Assembly: GCA_964016885.1 (NCBI GenBank)
Contig: OZ024743.1
Coordinates: 319,734,001 to 319,798,000, forward strand
DNA: 64,000 nt
Source: Eledone cirrhosa
Taxonomy: Eukaryota
Direction of reading: 5' to 3'
Part shown: positions 11,905 to 21,207 of the stretch, piece after piece
Layout of the letters: each line of letters starts with the position of its first letter
How positions within the stretch are numbered: the stretch's first letter is position 1
Made by a program: the position numbers and the translations under genes
Notes under the pieces: generated by a model
The model's input: the letters and a program-made list of their open reading frames with translations, nothing else
Databases searched by the model: none
Told to the model about the DNA's origin: nothing

Positions 11905-13602
11905 ATAATATATAAGATCAAAAGATGATTAAAAGAGTTCCATGTAATTTATTATGCGCATTTCAAAAACAAATATCATCATGCAATAATATTTGCGTTT
12001 TCATCAGATAAAATAGGAAGACATGATATGAGGGTTAAAAAACACTTGTGAATAGTGCAGTTTTGAATCAACATATGAAAAGTAGTTTTAGATTGATGTG
12101 TGATATTTTGAAAAAAAAATTTTGAGGGGGGGGGGTGTTGGAAAGGATGAAAAAGAGGAGGAGATGAGAGTAAAAAGTGGAGGGGGAGGAGTATAATGAA
12201 GAAGGATGAGATATGAGGAGAGATAGGTGATACAGAGAGAGAGAGATAGCTTTTATAACTGAGAAAAATATATTGTTTTACATAGAGAGGTTGAAAAACC
12301 GATGGAAGATAATGTATAAATTAAAAGAATTTGAAAATTAACGAAGAGAAAAATAATGTAAAGTTAAGGTTTGTATATTGAAGGGTTTAATAATATGTGC
12401 GATGAAAAGAAAATGTTAATATGTATTACGAATAATATTTAAGGGTTTAATAATATGTGCGATGGAAAGAAAATGTTAATATGTATTAAGAATAATATTT
12501 AAGGGTTTAATAATATGTGCGATGGAAAGAAAATGTTGATATGTATTATTAAAAAAAACAAAAGTAATGTAAGTAAGGATATATTGTGAGATGTGCATGA
12601 ATAAGTTAGATGAAAGGGAGAAAAAAATAATGAATTGAGGATGAATAATCTAACGTCAAAAAAATGTGTTTATGGCTCCACTTCCACCTCCTTTAAAGCT
12701 CGTCTTTATAATCATCATTCGTCTTTTAAATACCAACTTAAAAGAACCAACACGGCTCTCTCAGAACTCATATGGTCCTTGAAAGACAAAAATATTAAAT
12801 ATAACATCTCTTGGAAAAAGGTTTCTTCTGCTTCTACATACTTGAACAGTTCTCTATCCAAGACTTGCAATCTCTGTCTAAATGAAAAATTTACCATTAT
12901 ATCTAATTTAGATTCTATAATAAATAGACGCACTGACTTGTTTTCTCTCTGCTTGCATAAATTCCACAGAACATTCCACAAAGTATACAGCTAATATCCA
13001 ATACTTTATCAATTTAGAATCCTTTGCTCAAAGGCACATATATATATATATATATACTTCTTTAAAAATATACCCATCTTTCTACCTTATTTCAAAGTTA
13101 TTTATTATACATTATATAATACTTGTTACTCATTCTATATCACTCCTATTTATCACTTCCCTTTCTTCCTTTTCCTTTTTTCTTTTTCTTTTAATTTCTA
13201 ACACCTAATCTGTAACTTTTCTCACTGTGCCTAACATAGAAACAATTATTACACAATACAATATATTCTTACCTTATATCACCTTGAAAAAATCCTTCGT
13301 AAATATAAACACATTTTTTTTACGTTAGATTATTCATCCTCAATTCATTATTTTTTTCTCCCTTTCATCAAACTTATTCATGCTCATCTCACAATATATC
13401 CTTACTTACATTACTTTTGCTTTTTTTAATAATACATATCAACATTTTCTTTCCATCGCACATATTATTAAACCCTTAAATATTATTCTTAATACATATT
13501 AACATTTTCTTTTCATCGTACATATTATTAAACCCTTCAATATACAAACCTTAACTTTAACATTAACCTTAACATGGAACTCTTTTAACCATCTTTTGAT
13601 CT

Positions 13603-13610
<8 letters not shown>
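11905..13610 (+). mobile_element. 5'-truncated Penelope-like element: inverted pseudo-LTR, GIY-YIG 3' fragment, pseudo-LTR
   Basis: ORF 12635-12994 (YGSTSTSFKARLYNH..LSELIWSLKD..CNLCLNEK..CLHK). 12355-12660 is the reverse complement of ~13320-13560, and 11905-11945 of ~13572-13610. A 60-bp tandem unit occurs 3x in the left arm and 2x in the right. Confidence 0.85.
11947..12014 (-). ncRNA. Type-I hammerhead ribozyme in the inverted pseudo-LTR
   Basis: ATTTTAT-CTGATGA-[AAAC.CAAATATTATT..GATGATATTTGTTTTT]-GAAA-TGCGCA-TA-ATAAAT. Same architecture as 2408-2472. Confidence 0.8.
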
Positions 13611-13654
<44 letters not shown>

Positions 13655-14086
13655 TGTAGATTCTCGAGTTGTTTGGGGGTAACACAGTCAAAAACGGTAT
13701 TAATACTTTGGTAGAGTATGAGTATAGGCATCTTCATTATATATAGAAATTACTTCTACAGAACTAGAACTGTTTCATTCGGACATTACTGATGTTTTCA
13801 TACGAATGAAACTTCTAGTCATAGAAAAGTCATTTCTCTCTCCCTGTTGTTGTAATGACAGAATGGTTCATTCTATCATTACAACAAGCCTCGACAATGC
13901 AGATGGGTAAATCTCCGGGTAACAAGATCCGGTGGTGGAGAGAGAGATGTAAGTGGGTGTACGTTGAGATGCATGGCGTGTATAAGACTGTAGTGTGTAG
14001 AGGAATGAAGAAAAGAGCGTAAAGGATAAAAATAAAAATAAAAATAACAACACGAGATAGAGTTACCTTGGAAGAGATTTAATTGT

Positions 14087-14122
14087 CCCTATATATTTCG
14101 GATTCACATCCATCAACTGGGG
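14087..14122 (-). ncRNA. Hammerhead-like motif with variant core CAGUUGA
   Basis: CCC-CAGTTGA-T-GGAT-GTGA-ATCC-GAAA-TATA-TA-GGG. Confidence 0.55.
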
Positions 14123-14335
14123 GTTTTTCCGGGGGGGGGGTTGTCTGTCGGAAAGGTGCGAAACGTGTCCTCAGCTGTTCGTTGTTTTGAATATCTGAGG
14201 TATTCAGCAGAGCGCGTGTGCGCGTGAAATGGGGTCTGTCAAGCAGAGGTCAGCGGCCGAAGTAGTTCTTTCAATTGTGGCAGTGGGGTGGCGCTAGCTG
14301 TCAGTCGATAGTATTCTCTGCCTGTTTGGTGAATG

Positions 14336-14378
<43 letters not shown>

Positions 14379-15127
14379 GTAGTTGTCTCGCTTGAGTGTG
14401 TGTGTGCGTGTGTTGTTGCATTGTTCCTCTGTATTTGCAGTGTAGTATGTTCGTATGGTGGAATGCTACTGTGTGTCTGTGTGCGTGTGTTGCTGTCTCG
14501 CTTGTGTCTGTGCGTGCGTGTGTTGCTGCATCGTTTGTTAACTTAAACCAACCACCTCGACATCCACTTGGCCCACTCGAGCCCCTCCCTGCGAAGATGC
14601 CTCTCCAGGAAACCCGGGAAATCAACTGACGTGTGCTCCCTCAGAGACTGCCCGATGCGCCATGCGAACTGTTGCCTATGCACATACGTCGTGTATAAGA
14701 TAGAATGTAACAACTGCAACCAATACTATATAGGTAGCACAATCCGGCCGTTGCACATCCGGATCAAGGAGCACACTAACACCAGGGCCTCGTCTTTCCG
14801 GAAACACATAGCCAAATGCGGAAACAAAGACGGAAGGCCCATTGTCACAATTCTAGCGACAGAAAGAAACGTCGGCACATTACGTATCAAGGAAGCACTT
14901 TGGATCAAACGCCTAGGGCCACAATTAAACAACCGATCCGAGAGAAGCGAAATGAGGTGGTTGGTTTAAGTTAGCAAACGATGCAGTAACACACGCACAC
15001 ACACACAAGCGAGACCGCAACACACACACACACACAGTAGCATTCCACCATACGAACATACTACACTGCCAACACAGAGGAACAAGGCAACAACACACGC
15101 ACACACACACACACTCAAGCGAGACAA

Positions 15128-15174
<47 letters not shown>

Positions 15175-15387
15175 CATTCACCAAACAGGCAGAGAATACT
15201 ATCGACTGACCGCTAGCGCCACCCCACTACCACAATTGAAAGAACTACTTCGGCCGCTGACCTCTGCTTGACCGACCCCATTTCACGCGCGCTCTGCTGA
15301 ATACCTCAGATATTCAAAACAACGAACAGCGGAGGACACGTTTCGCACCTTTCTGACAGACAACCTCCCCCCCCCCCGGGAGAAAAA

Positions 15388-15423
15388 ACCCAGTTGATGG
15401 ATGTGAATCCGAAATATATAGGG
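15388..15423 (+). ncRNA. Hammerhead-like motif with variant core CAGUUGA (second arm)
   Basis: CC-CAGTTGA-T-GGAT-GTGA-ATCC-GAAA-TATA-TA-GGG. Confidence 0.55.
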
Positions 15424-15458
15424 ACAATTAAATCTCTCCCAAGGTAACTCTGTCTCGT

Positions 15459-15661
15459 GTTATTTTTATTTTTATTTTTATTTTTATTTTTATTTTTATT
15501 TTTATTTTTATTTTTATTTTTATTTTTATTTTTATTTTTATTTTTATTTTTATTTTTATTTTTATTTTTATTTTTATTTTTATTTTTATTTTTATTTTTA
15601 TTTTTATTTTTATTTTTATTTTTATTTTTATTTTTATTTTTATTTTTATTTTTATTTTTAT
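15459..15661. repeat. (TTTTTA)n hexanucleotide array
   Basis: About 200 bp of perfect repeat inside the right arm only. Confidence 0.95.
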
Positions 15662-15867
15662 CCTTTACGCTCTTTCCTTCATTCTTCTACACGCTACAGT
15701 CTTATACACGCCACGCATCTCAACGTACACCCACTTACATCTCTCTCTCTCCACCACCGGATCTTGTTACCCGGAGATTTACCCATCTGCATTGTCGAGG
15801 CTTCCAAACGACTTAAAGAAATTTACCTTATTATTCCACAATGCTTCAAGCAAACTTCAATACTCTC

Positions 15868-15951
<84 letters not shown>

Positions 15952-16301
15952 ATAACAACAGTGACATAAACAGGCACTCAAGTTTCGTTGGGTTCTGGGC
16001 CCCAAATCATTCACCTGTCATGAGAAAAATAAAAACAAAAACGACCGCCTAGGGTTGATTGTGCTTTCCTCTTGGGAATATAACCTAATAGTTTTAAAAA
16101 GGGCAGGTAATTTAGAAAATATTTAGAAAAAGGTTGTTTTTTTTATCGATATTCCTTTATGAGTAACAGTCAGATAAAATTTGCCTAGTCTTTCCTCTTA
16201 TTCCGGAGAAATTAACTTGACAAATAATCAATTAAACGGAGCTAAGTCTAAAATGTAAGTTTGAAGAAAAAATAGATACATGTTACCAAATATTCCTCCA
16301 G

Positions 16302-16375
16302 TCCCGACTATCGATAGTTTCGCTCGTACTTTGTGGAAATGTCTAATCGTTGCATTATCCATGAGGATCAGAGAT
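16302..16375 (-). ncRNA. Possible degenerate hammerhead
   Basis: Minus strand CTGAT..CTC [imperfect long stem] GAGC-GAAA-CTATCGATAG-TC-GGGA. Right half is canonical; the left core is damaged. Confidence 0.4.
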
Positions 16376-16728
16376 TTTCAAAAGACTCCCTCAGTTAGGA
16401 CCGAAATTTCCAAATTGATCACTGTTAATAACGAATTCAAAAGGGGGTGAAAAACATCACGTGGCTAGCGGTCAAAATAGAAGTGTTGTGAAGGGTAGGC
16501 CGGTGGCAAGTAAGTTCATTGCTAGAAGAAGCAGTTAGTTACCGCCTAAGTTTTATTCAACCATAGAAGTTATAAAGGCCATATATATATTATAGTCGCA
16601 GATACATATATTAGTGTTGGTTACCTTCAACAGTGTGGCTCGATTAAAGAATGAATTAAATACATAATTGTCAATCAGAACTGTATAAAATTATAAAGTT
16701 TGAAGAAGAGTCAGACAACATTTATCCA

Positions 16729-16763
<35 letters not shown>

Positions 16764-17028
16764 AACGGAAAAAATGAAACGATATTTCATTTCCCACTCT
16801 TAGTACGGCTGTTACTTAAATATAAGTATGTACACGTACATACATATATGTATACCGACGTACAGTAGTATGTATATATATATATACATACATTCACACA
16901 TATATATGCACGTATGGATTCACCGAACATTTATTATAATGCTCGGTGTGTTTGTAAACAAACATCCCGTATTAAGCCGTAGTGTCTAGCAACCACCGTT
17001 GCTCGTTTGTTCAACACTGACAAAGGAA

Positions 17029-17069
17029 CGTTGTACTAGTTTCAAGCTTGTTAGCTATCGTCAGCAACG
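17029..17069 (-). ncRNA. Minimal type-I hammerhead ribozyme
   Basis: CGTTG-CTGACGA-T-AGCT-AACA-AGCT-T-GAAA-CTAG-TA-CAACG. Confidence 0.88.
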
Positions 17070-17586
17070 TATACCTTCCTGCCAGATTGTTGAACGTATA
17101 TACTTACCTTATGCATATTAACGGCTGAGTAGCCCAATTTGCATATCGAGTGGGTTAATCGGCCGGGTGCACCGAAAACAATAAACGGAAAAAATGAAAC
17201 GTTCCTTTGTCAGTGTTGAACAAACGAGCAACGGTGGTTGCTAGACACTAGGGCTTAATACGGGATGTTTGTTTACAAACAAACACACCGAGCATTATAA
17301 TAAATGTTCGGTGAATCCATACGTGCATATATATATGTGTGCATGTATGTATATCTATATGTATATACTACTGTACGTCGGTATACATATATGTATGTAC
17401 GTGTACATACTTATATTTAAGTAACAGCCGTACTAAGAGTGGGAAATGAAATATCGTTTCATTTTTTCCGTTTATCGTTTTCGGTGCACCCGGCCGATTA
17501 ACCCACTCGATATGCAAATTGGGCTACTCAGCCGTTAATATGCATAAGGTAAGTATATACGTTCAACAATCTGGCAGAAAGGTATA

Positions 17587-17627
17587 CGTTGCTGACGATA
17601 GCTAACAAGCTTGAAACTAGTACAGCG
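17587..17627 (+). ncRNA. Minimal type-I hammerhead ribozyme
   Basis: CGTTG-CTGACGA-T-AGCT-AACA-AGCT-T-GAAA-CTAG-TA-CAGCG. Predicted cleavage after A17622. Confidence 0.88.
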
Positions 17628-17890
17628 TTCCTTTGTCAGTGTTGAACAAACGAGCAGCGGTGGTTGCTAGACACTACGGCTTAATACGGGATGTTTGTTT
17701 ACAAACACACCGAGCATTATAATAAATGTTCGGTGAATCCATACGTGCATATATATATGTGTGCATGTATGTATATATATATATACATACTACTGTACGT
17801 CGGTATACATATATGTATGTACGTGTACATACTTATATATATATATATCTATATCTATATATAACAATAATAATAATAAAAATAATAATA

Positions 17891-18104
17891 GTTTCTTATA
17901 TAGGCACAAGGCCAGCTTTTTTGGGGAGGGGAAAGTCGATTAAATCGACCCCAGTGCGTGACTGGTACTTTATTTTATCGACCCCGTAAGGATGAAAAGC
18001 AAAGTTAACCTCGGCGGGATTTGAACTCAGACCATAAAGGGCTGTAGCTCTATGCTGCAAAGCATGCCGTCGGACTCTCTACCGATACTGCCAATCCACC
18101 GCCC
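17891..18104 (-). mobile_element. tRNA-derived SINE, long subfamily
   Basis: Full head, plus the extra GGGGTCGATTTAATCGACTTTCCCC segment. Flanked by (AAT)n. Confidence 0.9.
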
Positions 18105-18108
18105 TTAT

Positions 18109-18149
<41 letters not shown>

Positions 18150-18150
<1 letters not shown>

Positions 18151-18334
18151 TGTTTCTACTTTTGGCACAAGGCCAGCAATTATCCCAGTGCATTACTGGT
18201 ACTTTATTTTATCGACCCCGTAAGGATGAAAAGCAAAGTTAACCTCGGCGGGATTTGAACTCAGAATAGCAAGGGCCGTAACTCTATGCGTCAAAGCTTG
18301 GCGGCCGACTCTCTACCGATACTGCCAATCCACC
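18150..18334 (-). mobile_element. tRNA-derived SINE, short subfamily
   Basis: Same family as 1464-1651, embedded in (AAT)n. Confidence 0.9.
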
Positions 18335-18344
18335 ATAATAATAA

Positions 18345-20915
18345 TAAAGACTGGAAATAAAGTACAAAACTAGGAGGAAAAAGCTAAATATTATCATAGA
18401 GGAACTGAAGCAAAGTATTGTAGCAAAGAGTGCAAAGATTAGGCTGTATGAGAGCAGAGTCAGTCAGTATAGGCAGAACCGCATGTTTGACAACAACCAG
18501 AAGATGTGGTTTGGGCATCTTGAAAGGAAAGAAAGAGGCAACGACTTGATCCCTGAGGCAGAACAGACTAAGACATTCTGGAGAGGAATATGGGAGCATG
18601 ATGTTGAACATAATGATCAGGCAGTGTGGATTGAGACAGTACAAAAGGAGATTAGTGAACAAGCACACTAACAAACTGATTTAAGTATCACAGTTGAAAC
18701 TCTTAAAGAGCAGGCCAGAAAACTAACCAACTGGAAATCACCAGGCCCAGATGGTGTGCAGGGGTATTGGATTAAAAATATAACATCCCTCCACCTGAAA
18801 CTGACAACCATCTTCAATGACTGCTTGATGTCGGGTGAGGTACCAGATTGGTTGACAAAGGGTACCACAGTCCTGGTAATGAAAGACCGAATCAAGGGTA
18901 ATGATGTTACCAACTATAGACCTATCACATGTCTATCCGTAATGTGGAAGCTGTTAACAAGCATTGTGTCTGAGGAAATCTACCATCACCTCCACACAAA
19001 CAACTTGTTACCGGACGAACAGAAAGGATGCCGAAAGAAGTCCCGTGGTACAAAAGACCAGCTACTTATTGATAAGATGGTAATGAGGAATTGCAAGAGG
19101 AGACACACTGGTCTTGCCATGGGATGGATAGACTACAAAAAGGCATTCGACATGGTACCTCATTCTTGGATAACCAAAAGCCTAGAGATCTTCAAGGTGG
19201 CAGATAACATCAGACAGTTGTTGAGCAAAAGTATGAAGTCCTGGGAAAAAGAATTAACATCGGGTGGAGAATCCTTGGGAGGCGTGAAGATCAAGATCTG
19301 TTGTTTGTCCTTGCCCTGATACCCCTTACCATTATACTGCGAAAAGTGAGAACAGGATACAAGTTGGGAAAAGGAGAGCTTACCATCAACCACCTCCTCT
19401 TCATGGACGATCTTAAACTCTTTGGAAAGAATGAGAAGGAGTTGGATGTACTTGTTGACACTGTCCGTATTTTCAGCAGTGATATATGTATGCAATTTGG
19501 TATTAATAAGTGTGGAGTTCTAGTGATGAAGAGGGGTAAATTGAGCAGAAGCAACAGAATTCAGGTACCAACAGGTGAGATGATAAAGGAAATTGACACT
19601 GAAGAAGGATACAAATATTTAGGTGTTCTGGAGGCTGATGACATCAAGGACAAAAAAATGAAGGAATTGATAAGATCTGAGTACATTAGGAGAGTAAGGA
19701 GCGTATTAAAATCACGTCTAGATAGTAGGAATGTCATAAGTGCAGTGAATTCCCGAGCTGTGTCTATTATTAGGTACAGTGCTGGAATTCTGAAATGCAA
19801 TGTTGCTGAATAAAAAGAAATGGATAGGAAGACTAGGAAGCTATTGACTATCTACAACATGTTCCACAAAAGGAGTGATGTCGATAGACTCTACTTAAAG
19901 AGATCTGAAGGTAGAAGAGGTCTTATCAGCATAGAGGACTGTGTTCAGATGGAGAAAAACAACCTACACAAATACGCGACTGATAGTAGGGAGCCAATGC
20001 TCTGAATTGTACTGAAGGAGAGGACAATAGACCAGGGGATGCCCAAGGAGGAAATAACAACAAGGAGAAAGAGCAACCTTCATGAAAAATCCCTTCATAG
20101 TGCCTTCTTTGAGAAAACTGAATTTAGAGATCCACAGACATGGAACTGGTTGAAAAGAGGAGACCTTAAAAAAGCTACAGAAGGAATGCTAATGGCTGCG
20201 CAAGGGCAGGCCCTCAAAACGAAGTGGCTGAAACAGCATATTTACATGGAGGAGGCTAGTCCACTGTGTAGGATCTGTAGAGAGAGAGAGGAGACTGTGG
20301 CTCACATTGTATCCGAGTGTAAACACCTAGCCCAGACTCACTATAAAGGCTGGAAACATGATGTGATGGGCAGGGTGATTCACTGGCACCTATGCAAAGT
20401 AAAAAATTTCCCACATTCTGAGAAGTGGTATGAGCATAAGCTAGAGTCGGTGATGGAAAACGAACAGGTGAAGGTGCTGTGGGATTTTAGGATACAGACG
20501 GACAATAAACTAGAACACAATAGACCTGACCTGGTGGTTTTGGACGAGGGAAACAGATCGTGCCTGATTGTGGATGTAGCCTGCCCATTCGACACGAGAG
20601 TGCAAGAGAAGGAGAGGGAGAAAATTAACCGATACCAGGATTAAAGTGGGAGGTAAAACGGATTTGGAACTGCCATGAGGTCTAAGTGGTACAGATTGTC
20701 ATAGGCGCACTAGGTACTATCTCAAGGAGTTTCCAAGGATGGTTAAAGAAAATTGGTCCCGCCCCGCTTTTTGGAACATTTCAAAAGGCATGCTTGCTGG
20801 GAACAGCAAGAACCCTCCGATACGTCCTGAATATCTGAGGCTGCAGGTAGTGGCTTGATATTCATTTCAACAAACTTTCCAGTTAAATAACATCAATGAC
20901 TGAGACTCAAAGAAC

Positions 20916-20962
<47 letters not shown>
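18345..20962 (+). mobile_element. R4/Dong-like non-LTR retrotransposon (RT + CCHC + RLE), pseudogenised, with (AAT)n tail
   Basis: NYRPITCL, EQKGC, WIDYKKAFDMVPH and HLLFMDDLKLF, then CRIC..ETVAHIVSEC, RPDLVV, IVDVACPFD and EKINRYQD. Several stops. Confidence 0.92.
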
Positions 20963-20965
<3 letters not shown>

Positions 20966-21207
20966 TTTCTTTATTAACCACAAGGGTTTACATAAAGTAG
21001 ACATTAAGGACAGTACAGGACAATACAGGACGGTACAAATGGGCATTTCTGCGTGTAAAAAAAACAGAGGTTGAAATAAAATAACAAAGAAAAATTCCCC
21101 AATAGGGGGGAGACTTCCAAGGGACATTTGTGGAGAAAGCCCATTAAAAGACCACAGTGGCCCTGACCACCAGGGCAAGTGCCCTCTCCCAGTTTTCCAC
21201 CTTTAAT

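Larger units (their letters stand above)
13886..15803 (+). mobile_element. 5'-truncated Penelope-like element with long inverted pseudo-LTRs around a GIY-YIG domain
   Basis: ORF 14568-14969 (VVYKIECNNCNQYYIGSTIRPLHIRIKEH..LRIKEALWIKRLGPQLN). Arms ~13886-14558 and ~14953-15803 are near-identical reverse complements. Confidence 0.9.
16763..17836. mobile_element. Retrozyme family A locus: one ~420-bp unit on minus, then ~1.5 tandem units on plus
   Basis: AAACGGAAAAAATGAAACG recurs at 16763 and 17183 (period 420). Orientation flips at 17198-17201. Hammerheads at 17029-17069 (-) and 17587-17627 (+). Both ends run into (TA)n. Confidence 0.9.

Noticed and set aside
12381-12550. 60-bp repeats, and the 48-bp repeats at ~49800, as a CRISPR-like array
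   Set aside because: Head-to-tail repeats with no unique spacers, eukaryotic context and no cas genes.
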